Below are positions 40,713 through 50,806 of a DNA stretch of 64,000 bases, one piece after another. The position numbers and the translations under genes are program-made. Under the pieces are notes generated by a model. The model was not told the DNA's origin and ran no database searches. It saw nothing but the letters and a program-made list of their open reading frames with translations. The DNA comes from an uncultured cyanobacterium (GTDB lineage Bacteria; Cyanobacteriota; Cyanobacteriia; Cyanobacteriales; Nostocaceae): contig CAVUDP010000002.1 in the NCBI GenBank assembly GCA_963740315.1, positions 1,632,001-1,696,000 on the forward strand, given 5' to 3'. The stretch's first letter is position 1. Every line of letters begins with the position of its first letter.

Positions 40713-42293
40713 TTAATAATTCAACCACCTTGCTTGTGATTGATAACGGACAATTACGGGATGAGAAAGTCGATTGATTTCGACGTTTCTTAACTGTATA
40801 TCTTTGGGTAGTTCAAATAAATGATGTAATATGTTTTCTGTTAAAAAGCGCGTTTCTACGGGAAGTTGCAGTTTTTCTGGGTTTAATTCATAACGAGATG
40901 CCAAAACAAAACCCCAAGGTCCGAAACTGGGAACGCTTACTGTGTAAGGATTCACTTTTAATCCTACTTCCGAAAGTGTCGCGGCGATACAGCTAATAAC
41001 TTTAGGGGCAAAAAATGAGCTTGATGCTTGCGTTACGAAAACACCTTTATCTGTAAGTCTTGCTAATAAACGTCTGTAAAAACCTTCCGAGTAAAGTTTT
41101 GCTAATGCGTCTTGGTCTGGGTCGGGGAAGTCTGCAATAATTACGTCAAAGCTTTCTTTGAGTTTGGGTACGCTCAAAAATGCATCGGCGTTGATTACTT
41201 CTACGCGAGAATCTTTTAAGGAATTACCGTTTACAGCTTTTAATTGCGGGTGACGGCTGGCTATTTTAACTACTTCTGGATCTAATTCAATTAGTACTAC
41301 CTTTTCAACTTCCTTCCATTTGAGTACTTCTCTAATTGCCATTCCATCCCCAGCACCCAATACTAAAACTCGTTTTTTATCGGGTGTTGCACTCATCGCC
41401 GGATGTACTAATCCCTCATGATAGCGGTATTCGTCTACCGTGGATAGTTGTAAATCGCCGTTGAGAAACAATCTGACATCCTTGCCTTTACGGGTTAATA
41501 CAATTCTTTGATATGGAGTTTGTATTCGTTTAACTATAGGTGCTGAATATAAGTTATTTTCTAATTTATTGCTGATAGGTATGGTTGCGGGTGCCAAAGC
41601 CAAAAGCAGTACGCCCAAAACCAAGCCGATATAACCCCAACGTCGTAAATGGGAAAAATTGCGCCCAATTAGGAATACCATCAAAGCCGGGAATGAACCT
41701 AAAATAAAAGCAGTGGGAAACATTCCGCACATCGGTAGCAAAATCACCGGAAAAGCTAAAGAACCGAGAAGCGCTCCCATATAATCCAGCGCCAACACAC
41801 CCGCTAAAGCTTCTCGAACGCCTTCCTCCATTTCCAAAATTCGCGTCAAAATTGGCACCTCCAAACCTGCGAGTATTCCCAGCAAAATAGTTACTAAAAA
41901 TAACCCCAGCCAAATCTCACCATCGATCGCGAATAAAGCGAACAAACCCAGAGGTAGTAAAGCTGTCAGAGGTGCGATCGCCAATTCCACACCAACAAAA
42001 GCGAACAATAATTTACGTTGCAGCAATCGACCTTCCATTTTAGGTGCAATAAACTGACTCAAGTAAGAACCAACACCCATCGCGGCGAGAAAACCACCTA
42101 TAGCAATACCGTAAGCAAGAGCTTGATTCCCCACCAAGTAACTAGCTAAAGTACCTAAAAGTAACTCTACAGCCAACCCGCAACCAGAAGAAACAGCCGC
42201 CGCAGCCAGTAATAATTTACGTTGAGTACCGTTCAAAGAAAAACTATCCTTTACAGTACTTTCCCCGATATCAGAAAAATTGTTTGCTTCCAT
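40713..42293 (-). CDS. speE: Membrane-anchored polyamine aminopropyltransferase (spermidine synthase)
   Basis: N-terminal multi-TM region; LFLNGDLQ, DEYRYHE, LGAGDG, IELDPEV, ADFPDP, VPSFGPWGF. Confidence 0.9.
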   Translation of the reverse strand: MEANNFSDIGESTVKDSFSLNGTQRKLLLAAAAVSSGCGLAVELLLGTLASYLVGNQALAYGIAIGGFLAAMGVGSYLSQFIAPKMEGRLLQRKLLFAFVGVELAIAPLTALLPLGLFALFAIDGEIWLGLFLVTILLGILAGLEVPILTRILEMEEGVREALAGVLALDYMGALLGSLAFPVILLPMCGMFPTAFILGSFPALMVFLIGRNFSHLRRWGYIGLVLGVLLLALAPATIPISNKLENNLYSAPIVKRIQTPYQRIVLTRKGKDVRLFLNGDLQLSTVDEYRYHEGLVHPAMSATPDKKRVLVLGAGDGMAIREVLKWKEVEKVVLIELDPEVVKIASRHPQLKAVNGNSLKDSRVEVINADAFLSVPKLKESFDVIIADFPDPDQDALAKLYSEGFYRRLLARLTDKGVFVTQASSSFFAPKVISCIAATLSEVGLKVNPYTVSVPSFGPWGFVLASRYELNPEKLQLPVETRFLTENILHHLFELPKDIQLRNVEINRLSHPVIVRYQSQARWLNY

Positions 42294-42414
42294 TATTTCA
42301 GTAACCAGTAATTAAAGGTTAAAGGTCAAAGGTCAAAGGTTTGAAATTCATAACTCCTAACTCTTTCTCCCCATCTCCCCCTCTCCCCATCTCCCCATCT
42401 CCCCATCCCCCCAT

Positions 42415-42557
42415 CTCCCCCGAACCCCAAAGGTTACTGAGCAGTTCGACGTAGCTCACTGTAAGACTTGTCGAAGTACTCCCCCGAACCCCAAAGGTTA
42501 CTGAGCAGTTCGACGTAGCTCACTGTAAGACTTGTCGAAGTACTCCCCCGAACCCCA
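42415..42557. repeat. Direct repeat, 2 x 64 bp plus a partial third, with a TTCGAC...GTCGAA hairpin
   Basis: CTCCCCCGAACCCCA at 42415, 42479 and 42543. Confidence 0.92.
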
Positions 42558-42563
42558 TCTCCC

Positions 42564-42800
42564 TTACTTCCCGCTACCGGGACCACCACCTTGAAAGCCA
42601 CCGTAGGAAGAGCGACCGGATGAGTAAAATATCCAGGTTCCGTTGCGATCGTAGTAACCTGATGCACTGGTTCCGCTACGAGGAGAGAAGTTTGCTTGTT
42701 TTTCTTCGCGCAATACGAAAGCTGATTTTTGGGTATAAGCGTCGGTAATTGACCATAGTGCCATTAGTACCCCGATTCCAGCAAAGACTTTTGTAAGCAT
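42564..42800 (-). CDS. Small exported protein with Gly-rich GGGPGSGK tail
   Basis: Hydrophobic N-terminus; co-oriented between the upstream hypothetical gene and speE. Confidence 0.75.
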   Translation of the reverse strand: MLTKVFAGIGVLMALWSITDAYTQKSAFVLREEKQANFSPRSGTSASGYYDRNGTWIFYSSGRSSYGGFQGGGPGSGK

Positions 42801-42852
42801 AGTTTTTTATTTAATCTAAATATTGTTTTACCTGTTTTTCTAATCCAAAATT

Positions 42853-43839
42853 TTATCCGCCGATATGCACGGCTTCTACAGTTGTACGAGTACGATTACC
42901 ATCGAGAACGGTGAGAGTTGTTCTATCTACTGGTGCATCTGGGGTAACTTCGACATGAAAACCGTATGAATCTTGCGGTTCTAAGATAAAGAACTTTTGT
43001 GCAAAACCCGTGACTTTTTCAAGTTTTCCGTCTTCCCGATGAAACTTTAGATTCAACGAAATATTCTCTTCGTATAGCTTTTCCCCATAGGAATCATTGA
43101 CAACCAATCGAGCTTTCATTGTAGGAGGACTGGTTTCGTCGGATTTGACGTTGATTTTTACCCGCACCAATTTATCGGCACCACCAAGAGTACCTCTTTC
43201 GCTCGGATCGCTATCGGCGATCGTTTTAGAAATCACTTTTTTTCCGGTATTAGGAACGGCTAAAAATGTCATTACAGCCAAAGCCAAAGTTCCAAATAAA
43301 CCGGGGAATAAATGACGGGTATCTACAACTCCGTTAGCAACTTTTACATTAATACTTACAGGTTGTGCAATTTCGCGACCAGTATTATCGGTGTACTCTA
43401 ATACAGAGATAGCAAGTGTAACTTCCTCATTTTTCTTGGCGCGGACATCTAAACCAGCATCTAAATCATCTTCGCTCCAACTACCGGACTCGCCATCTTC
43501 ATTCCAAGTCCCCGATTCACGCCATGCTTCTTTAGTCGCAGAAGCAATTAGTTTTCCTTGTTTATCGAGCAACTGAATCTCGTAAGTCACCCAACGGTTA
43601 TTCGGTATGGAAGCATTTGCATCAATCCGTAAGGCTCCAATTAATTGAGGTTCGATTTTCAGTGCTTCAATTTTTACTACTTCTTCTTCGCTAACTTGGA
43701 CAGTTTTAGAAAAAAGGACTTTTTCAAAAAATGCAGATGCAATTAAAGCAAGAATTATTAAACCAGTAGCACCCAAAGCAATATAAAGTGCCGGATCTAT
43801 AAAACGATTTGTCTTCTTAACATTTATACTTGCTGACAT
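42853..43839 (-). CDS. Two-TM hypothetical membrane protein, first gene of the speE cluster
   Basis: 328 aa, two hydrophobic helices, W.ESGTW.EDGESGSW.E motif. Confidence 0.8.
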   Translation of the reverse strand: MSASINVKKTNRFIDPALYIALGATGLIILALIASAFFEKVLFSKTVQVSEEEVVKIEALKIEPQLIGALRIDANASIPNNRWVTYEIQLLDKQGKLIASATKEAWRESGTWNEDGESGSWSEDDLDAGLDVRAKKNEEVTLAISVLEYTDNTGREIAQPVSINVKVANGVVDTRHLFPGLFGTLALAVMTFLAVPNTGKKVISKTIADSDPSERGTLGGADKLVRVKINVKSDETSPPTMKARLVVNDSYGEKLYEENISLNLKFHREDGKLEKVTGFAQKFFILEPQDSYGFHVEVTPDAPVDRTTLTVLDGNRTRTTVEAVHIGG

Positions 43840-44720
43840 AATGTTTTCAGCTTTACGGTATTTTTAACAACACTATGCCATGATAACCTTCCGGAAAAAG
43901 CAAAGTTAGTTCACAATACTACAGAAGTTAGATTTGACAAAGGATTTAGCTTTATTTTAAATGTATCAAATGTATTTAAAATAAAAATGAGGATTTTACG
44001 GAGAATAAACTGTAACTCCTTAAATATAGTTAAGTAAAATTACTGTTTTTTAAATATAAATTTCTCATAAAGCAATTAAGAAGATATCTTATAGCTTGTG
44101 TTTGAGTTATTTTTAAAACATTTTGGCTATAAAACAAAGACTTAAATGTATAGCAGTACGCGGCTTATTCTTAGATAAATAATTGAAAATATTTACCAAC
44201 ATTGGTCGCTATAAAGCATTTATAAATACATTTTTTTATTAACAGCATGGCATCATTATTGTAAGATAATTACATTATCAGTTCCACTATTTGTTATCTG
44301 TGAGTAAATGTTGAAATGCAAGATTTTACCGCATTTATAAAAGTGTTTTACTTGATGCGTATTTGATGTTAATTACAGGTCTATAAAGTTGATAACTGTT
44401 TAATAAAAAGGGCTGGCATATCATGATTAATTCACTTCATGGTGATGATATTTTTTGCAAAATGTATCTTTATTCAAATGTCTTGCACCATTTTCAACAA
44501 GCTGCAAGTAACCCGGTTTCTTGCTTCACAACGAAAATATTCCGGGAATAGAGCCAAGCAGTGTAAGTGGATTGAATTAAGTTATAGATGGACACAATCT
44601 ATTGAGCGTGTCTATAAGACGCTAGCAATTAATCATCAAAGATAAATCAATCTCAATTGTTTAAATAAGGGGAATTCCCCACTTTATGTATACATAATGA
44701 TTTTTCAGAGCGAGGCAAAA

Positions 44721-46262
44721 ATGAGTAATGTTGATTATGATGCGATTATTATTGGTACTGGTGCTGGTGGTGGAACTCTAGCTAGAGTTTTAGCTGCAAG
44801 TGGTAAGAAAATATTAATCTTAGAAAGAGGTAGTTTTTTACCCAAAGAGAAGGCTAATTGGAGTGCAACAGAAATATTTCGTAACGATTGTTATCGCACT
44901 AGAGAAATCTGGTACGACAAACAGGGTAAACCAATTCATCCCGTAACCCATTACAACGTCGGTGGAAATACTAAATTTTACGGTAGCGCTCTATTCAGAT
45001 TGCGCGATCGCGATTTTGAAAAAGTAGCACATCATGATGGTATTTCTCCGGAATGGGCGCTAAAATACCGAGATTTCGCCGATTACTACCAAAAAGCAGA
45101 GCAAATGTATGAGGTTCACGGTAAACGAGGTTTAGACTCTACCGAACCAGAAATCAATAGCGATTATCCCTTCCCCCCCATTACCCACGAACCCTATATT
45201 CAGACAATCAACGAAAAACTTAAAGATAGGGGTTTGCATCCATTTTATTTACCCTTGGGACTAAAATTAGACGAAAAAAATTCATTGGCTAGTAATTGTA
45301 TTCGCTGCAATACTTGCGATGGTTTTCCCTGTCTAGTTGATGGTAAAGCTGATGCTGATATTAACGGTGTTCGTTCCGCGATCGCCCATAGTAATGTAAC
45401 TTTAATTACTCAAGCAAAAGTCTTAAAATTACACACCAATTCATCGGGAACAGAAATAAGTACGGTAGAAACAGATATTTTAGGAAAGCTGTATCATTTC
45501 AAAGCTAATATCGTTGTTGTTTGCTGCGGTGCTATCAATTCAGCAGTATTATTATTGAAGTCTGCTAACGATAAACACCCTAACGGATTAGCTAATAGTT
45601 CCGATTTGGTAGGGCGTAATTATATGTCGCATAAATTTGGCGTAGTTGCAGCCTTATCTAGAAAAGAAAATCTTACTAGCTTTCAAAAAACTATCGGTTT
45701 AAATGATTTTTATTGGGGAGAAAAAGATTTTAATTATCCAATGGGTAGCGTGCAGTTACTAGGTAATATTCCTGAAGAAAGAATTGAAGAGGATGCACCA
45801 TTATTCATACCCAAATTTATCGCGAAAAACATTGCTAAACATACCGTAGGATGGTTCTTGATGACTGAAGATTTACCAAACCCAAATAACCGGGTGCGGA
45901 TTCATCAAGATAAAATATTTCTCGAATATACTCATAACAACGAAGTGCCATTTCGTAGGTTAATGAAGCGTTGGATACAGGTTTTAAAATCAACTAATAA
46001 CCGTGGGAATTGGGATGACTTTACATTATATTCTGCCCAAAAAATGACTATTAAAGAAGTTGGACATCAATGCGGTACTTGTCGCTTTGGTGAAGATGCC
46101 AAAACTTCGGTTTTAGATATTAACTGTCGCACCCATGACGTTGATAACTTGTATGTAGTCGATGGTAGTTTTTTCCCTTCCAGTGCAGCCGTTAACCCTA
46201 CATTAACGATTATTGCCAATGCAATACGTGTAGGCGAACATATTATCAAAAGGCTGGAATAA
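44721..46262 (+). CDS. GMC family FAD oxidoreductase
   Basis: IIGTGAGGG, VGGNTKFYG, CIRCNTCDGFPC, HQCGTCRFG, AVNPTLTI; start ATG 44721 or 44697. Confidence 0.93.
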   Translation: MSNVDYDAIIIGTGAGGGTLARVLAASGKKILILERGSFLPKEKANWSATEIFRNDCYRTREIWYDKQGKPIHPVTHYNVGGNTKFYGSALFRLRDRDFEKVAHHDGISPEWALKYRDFADYYQKAEQMYEVHGKRGLDSTEPEINSDYPFPPITHEPYIQTINEKLKDRGLHPFYLPLGLKLDEKNSLASNCIRCNTCDGFPCLVDGKADADINGVRSAIAHSNVTLITQAKVLKLHTNSSGTEISTVETDILGKLYHFKANIVVVCCGAINSAVLLLKSANDKHPNGLANSSDLVGRNYMSHKFGVVAALSRKENLTSFQKTIGLNDFYWGEKDFNYPMGSVQLLGNIPEERIEEDAPLFIPKFIAKNIAKHTVGWFLMTEDLPNPNNRVRIHQDKIFLEYTHNNEVPFRRLMKRWIQVLKSTNNRGNWDDFTLYSAQKMTIKEVGHQCGTCRFGEDAKTSVLDINCRTHDVDNLYVVDGSFFPSSAAVNPTLTIIANAIRVGEHIIKRLE

Positions 46263-46324
46263 GAATAGGGAGTAGGGAGTAGGGAATAGGGAATAGGGAA
46301 TAGGGAATAGGGAGTACTAAGAAT

Positions 46325-47140
46325 TTATTTCCGCGCTAATACAAAAAAGGTTGTGATATCATGCCAAACACCTTTATCTGTAGCTAAACCTTCAATAATG
46401 CTGGCAAATTCAGCTTTTAATTGTTGTTTTTGTGATAATGGAAGTTGCAACAAAGGATTTTCAGGGTGAATCCAAGTACTTCCATCAAAAATCTTTTTTG
46501 CATCATCAACCGACATATATTTACCAAATTGCTCGGTTGTCACTTCAATATTATGAAAACCAACTTCTGTTAAGAGATTTTCGCATTTTTGCACCGTACC
46601 TAAAGGCTCATTGATATTGGGTAGAGTAATACCACAATTAGAGCAAGCATTCATGATTGCAGGAGTCATCAAAGAAGTTTCCGCGTAAGCGTTAAAAGCT
46701 ACAATTCCACCCGGTTTAAGGAAACGATACCAATCTTTTAAAGCAGCAGAAATATTTCTAAAAACCATCACGGCAGAACAACATAAAACAGCATCAAAAC
46801 TGTTATCGTTAAAATTAAGATATTCTGCGTCTACCTCAATTAACTCAATATTTCTTAAACCTAATACATTAATTTTATCTTGCGCTTGCGATAGTAAAAC
46901 AGAAGCGATGTCAACTCCGACAACTTTACCCGTATCACCGACAATTTCAGCCACAGGAATAGCAATCAAACCCGTACCAGTGGCAATATCAAGTACTTTA
47001 TATTCTTTTTTCAAAGGTAATAATTCTAAAAAGTTATTAGCGCGACGGTTTGCAAATTCACTGCGATCGTAGTTAATTCTTGCATTAAAGTAGTCGGCTA
47101 CTTGCTGTTTGTATTCATCGAGATTTGTGTAGTTAGACAT
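46325..47140 (-). CDS. Class I SAM methyltransferase (UbiE-like), paralog 1
   Basis: VLDIATGTG, VVGVDIA, FDAVLC. Confidence 0.92.
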   Translation of the reverse strand: MSNYTNLDEYKQQVADYFNARINYDRSEFANRRANNFLELLPLKKEYKVLDIATGTGLIAIPVAEIVGDTGKVVGVDIASVLLSQAQDKINVLGLRNIELIEVDAEYLNFNDNSFDAVLCCSAVMVFRNISAALKDWYRFLKPGGIVAFNAYAETSLMTPAIMNACSNCGITLPNINEPLGTVQKCENLLTEVGFHNIEVTTEQFGKYMSVDDAKKIFDGSTWIHPENPLLQLPLSQKQQLKAEFASIIEGLATDKGVWHDITTFFVLARK

Positions 47141-47509
47141 TTACAAAAAAAGAATTATAAAGTATGTTTAATTAGATCAATTAATACAAGCGCGATCGTT
47201 CGACTTGTATCGTAACAATTATGTAGAATTATCTACTTAGGAATATAATCAGGCTTAATCGATCGGGGGAAAACGCATCTACATTAAGTGCATAAGCTAG
47301 TTATTTTAAACCCATATATATATATAAGACGAGAAAGTATGAAAAGTAGGATTATTACTTATGTTGAGTTTGTATATTTATATTCCACGTAAAAGTAAAG
47401 TTATTATGTAGTCACTTTAAACACACTAAAGAATGTGCTAATAAAGCATAAGACTATAGTGTCATTTTAAATGAAACTTATATTTTAATTATCTTTTTGG
47501 AGAAAATAG

Positions 47510-47869
47510 GTGATAAAACTGTTGTCGATGGATGCAAACAATGTCATAGGCGTTTCAATCAAAGGAAATGTAAAGACTAAAGACTTTGAATTAGTAAAAA
47601 ATTTTATTAAAGAAGTAGAAGTTCATTACGAGTTTTTACGAATATATGTAGAAATTAAAGATATCGAAGGATTTTCACTAGAAACTTTATTAAAAGAATT
47701 TGAATTTATTCTGACTAACTTTCACAGGTTTGAGAAAGAAGCAATAGTAATCGATCGAAAATTGATTCAAAATCTTGAAAGTATGAAAGATTTGCTTGTT
47801 GCAGGTGTTAAAGTTAAGTGTTTTACCTTTGAAGATAGATGCGAAGCACGTTGTTGGATATTGAATTGA
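47510..47869 (+). CDS. STAS/SEC14 (SpoIIAA-like) domain protein
   Basis: VIGVSIKGNV...LRIYVE..DIEGFS...FEKEAIV...VKCF....EARCWI pattern. Confidence 0.75.
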   Translation: MIKLLSMDANNVIGVSIKGNVKTKDFELVKNFIKEVEVHYEFLRIYVEIKDIEGFSLETLLKEFEFILTNFHRFEKEAIVIDRKLIQNLESMKDLLVAGVKVKCFTFEDRCEARCWILN

Positions 47870-47886
47870 TGTTGGCTTCTTGTTAT

Positions 47887-48705
47887 TTAATCTTTATGTG
47901 CAACAACAAAAAAAGTAGTCTTTTCATTCCAAACACCTTTATCTGTCGCTAAATTTTCAATTGCTGCATCATATTCTGCTTGACACTGCTCTAATTGCAA
48001 CTGCGAAAGTTGTGTTAAAGGATTACTTCGAGGATGAAACCAACCAATATTCCACGATTTTTTCGCATCATCAAGACTTAAATAATTACCAAATTGTTGA
48101 GTTTTGATAGAAATTCTTTGAAAACCAGCTTCTTGTAATAAATCATGACACTTTCGATGAGTACCCAAAGGTGCATTAATATTGGGTAGCGAAATTCCGC
48201 AAGCTTTAGCACAAGCTTGAATAATGATTGGTGTCATAAAAGATGTTTCTGAAAAGCAAGAGAAAGCCACCGTACCACCTTTATGAAGAAAACGATACCA
48301 TTTTTGTAGAGCAGTCGGAATATCGCTCAACCAGACGAAAGCTGAAGAACAAAAAATCGCATCAAAACTTTGATCATTAAAATCGATATAATCTGCATCA
48401 GCTTCAATCAACTCAATATTGTGCAAACCAGCTTGTTTAATTTTTTCCTTTGCTTGATTGAGCATAGTTGAAGAAATATCCACACCGACAACTTTACCCT
48501 CGTTTCCGACAGTTTTGGCTGCTGAAATTGCAACAATTCCGGTACCAGTTGCAACATCTAATATTTTCTGTCCTTTCTGAAGTTGCACTAAATCTACCAA
48601 AGCAAGTGCTAAACGAAAGCGAAAATCATCATCATACTTAGTTCGTTTATTAAAAAATTCAGTTACCTGCTGTTTATATTCTTTCTCGTATTGGGAATTA
48701 TCCAT
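47887..48705 (-). CDS. Class I SAM methyltransferase (UbiE-like), paralog 2
   Basis: ILDVATGTG, VVGVDIS; likely start ATG 48705 (MDNSQY). Confidence 0.92.
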   Translation of the reverse strand: MDNSQYEKEYKQQVTEFFNKRTKYDDDFRFRLALALVDLVQLQKGQKILDVATGTGIVAISAAKTVGNEGKVVGVDISSTMLNQAKEKIKQAGLHNIELIEADADYIDFNDQSFDAIFCSSAFVWLSDIPTALQKWYRFLHKGGTVAFSCFSETSFMTPIIIQACAKACGISLPNINAPLGTHRKCHDLLQEAGFQRISIKTQQFGNYLSLDDAKKSWNIGWFHPRSNPLTQLSQLQLEQCQAEYDAAIENLATDKGVWNEKTTFFVVAHKD

Positions 48706-49052
48706 GATTTTTTTATTAGTGGGTTTATAAAGTAAATATAAACAGTAAGCAATATGATTGTCTTCTGAAAACTTGCTCGGAAGTATATTAAAATCTTGCA
48801 ATAAGTTGCGATCTATTTGTAAGGTGCGTCACGGCTTGAATAATTTTATTTGAGGTAACTACCTTAGACTTGCCGTAACCTACCACTCGATTATGCTAAT
48901 TTTATTTGTAGGGTGTGTTACGGCTTGAATAATTTTGTTCGAGGTAACAATTTTGAAGTTGCCGTAACGCACCACGAGATTATGCTAAAAACAGAATAAT
49001 TAATTTTTTTAATAATCAAACCGGAGTTTTATATAAAGCATGAATTCAAATT

Positions 49053-49700
49053 ATGATAATTACATATGTAGATAGGTATGTGTTTATAATGAATAAACGA
49101 AAAAAAGTCGAACAAGATTTCCGAAATCTTCTAGAAATTATTCAACAGCAAAGACCTGGTTATATAGCAGCAATGGGTGAAGGTGTATCGGATGAAATAA
49201 TTAGAGATTGCATAAAAATTCATCCAATTCCCGAAGAATTAATGGCTATATATTCTTGCGTTCAAGGTTCATCCTCATCTGTTATGTACGTCGGAGATTC
49301 TGACTACCCTATAGATTTACTTCCAGGTAGCAATTTAATAAATATTTATGAATTAGATAAAGAAATTAATTTTTTAAAACCAGTAGATAGAAACCCAGAG
49401 CCTTGGGAATGGCAACCAGATATGATTCCTTTTCTGGTATATTGCGGTGTTGATTACTATTGCGTCAGAACATTACCAGATGACCAATCTGTTGTATTTC
49501 GTCCAAAAGGCGACCAATATATTACTATAAGTCAAAATATTGAAGATTTTATCTTGATGATTACTGAATGTTATAAACAGAATGCTTATTTCTTAGATGA
49601 TATATTTTTGGAGAATAACTATAATCTTGAAGAACAAATTATTTTCAAGTTCAACCCTAATTATTATGTTCAAAATGACTTAGAACCAGAAGCTTTATAA
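49053..49700 (+). CDS. SMI1/KNR4 (SUKH) family immunity-like protein
   Basis: GVSDEII......IPEELMAIYSCVQG, W...MIPF...G.DYYCV, SQNIEDFI pattern. Confidence 0.7.
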   Translation: MIITYVDRYVFIMNKRKKVEQDFRNLLEIIQQQRPGYIAAMGEGVSDEIIRDCIKIHPIPEELMAIYSCVQGSSSSVMYVGDSDYPIDLLPGSNLINIYELDKEINFLKPVDRNPEPWEWQPDMIPFLVYCGVDYYCVRTLPDDQSVVFRPKGDQYITISQNIEDFILMITECYKQNAYFLDDIFLENNYNLEEQIIFKFNPNYYVQNDLEPEAL

Positions 49701-49880
49701 AAAGACAATTTGCTATATAGCAGTCTTAAATAAATCGTGGAATTATGATATTTGCGAGCCAGATGCTGGTTACTGCAAGCGAGCAAGATGCTCGCACTAT
49801 TTAATAAACAAAATCTTTTTTTACAAATGATTTAGTCGGAATGGTGCGTTACGCTCCGCGATAACACACCCTACAATTAT

Positions 49881-50771
49881 TTAAATTTTATTTCGGTAGA
49901 CTTTCGGTGTAATCCCCATATGCTTACGAAACAAAACTGTAAAATTAGTTTGACTGGAGCAACCAATATTTAATGCTATTTCTACAAGGGGTAATTTAGT
50001 ATAAGCAAGTAAAAACTTTGCTCGTTTAATCCGACATTGAATAATATATTGATGGGGAGAGATACCGATCGCATTTTTAAACCAGCGACAAAAGTTATAG
50101 GTACTCATGTTTACTAAAGTTGCAAGCTCGTTTAAACTCAACTTCAGCGCTAAGTTGTCGTGAATATAGTCAATTATCTGCTGTAATTGCTGCTGGGATT
50201 TAATTTCAGATTCAGGAATTTTTGTATTACTTAGAGAATAATTTTTCAGAATACGAATAGCTAAAGCACTAGCGATTGATTCTGCAAAAATATTACCAGA
50301 TGGACATCCTGCTGTCATTTCTCCCTTCAAAGCCATTCCCAAATGAAAAATCTGCGAATCATCAACGCCACGCTGGGGGATAATTTCAATAGAATTACAA
50401 TCAATTGAATCACCTACCACCTTATAGAAGAGATCGGAATTAAGAGATATCAATAAAAAATCTACATCTTGAAACCAGCGTGCTTGAGTTGGAATACCTT
50501 TAGGAGTAATCCCAATTTCACCTTTTCTCATTTGAGTGGTATGTAATTTTCCACCTGCTAACCGCCAATCTATTTGATAATTACTACCAAGTTGGACACT
50601 AATACTATGTTGCTGCAAACAAATTTCTGGAGATTCAAAAGCTGGTAAATGATGTTGCTCGACGGAAATATCTTTCCAATTTGAAGCGCTGGAAATAATT
50701 GGAGGTTTGTAAGCAACGGGAATTAGATTTCCACTTGTTATTTCAACCGCTGAAAGTCTTTCGGATACCAT
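49881..50771 (-). CDS. AraC family transcriptional regulator
   Basis: C-terminal LSLNELA...MS...FCRWFK..GISPHQY...RI..AK.LL...EIA..G......F...FRK..G.TP..YR. Confidence 0.95.
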   Translation of the reverse strand: MVSERLSAVEITSGNLIPVAYKPPIISSASNWKDISVEQHHLPAFESPEICLQQHSISVQLGSNYQIDWRLAGGKLHTTQMRKGEIGITPKGIPTQARWFQDVDFLLISLNSDLFYKVVGDSIDCNSIEIIPQRGVDDSQIFHLGMALKGEMTAGCPSGNIFAESIASALAIRILKNYSLSNTKIPESEIKSQQQLQQIIDYIHDNLALKLSLNELATLVNMSTYNFCRWFKNAIGISPHQYIIQCRIKRAKFLLAYTKLPLVEIALNIGCSSQTNFTVLFRKHMGITPKVYRNKI

Positions 50772-50806
50772 TTTTTTGAAATATCATTAATAATTTTTTG
50801 TTTTAA

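Noticed and set aside
47223..47236. GTA-N8-TAC as an NtcA site
   Set aside because: A six-base match is common in AT-rich DNA, and I found no convincing correctly spaced -10 element or nitrogen-related target
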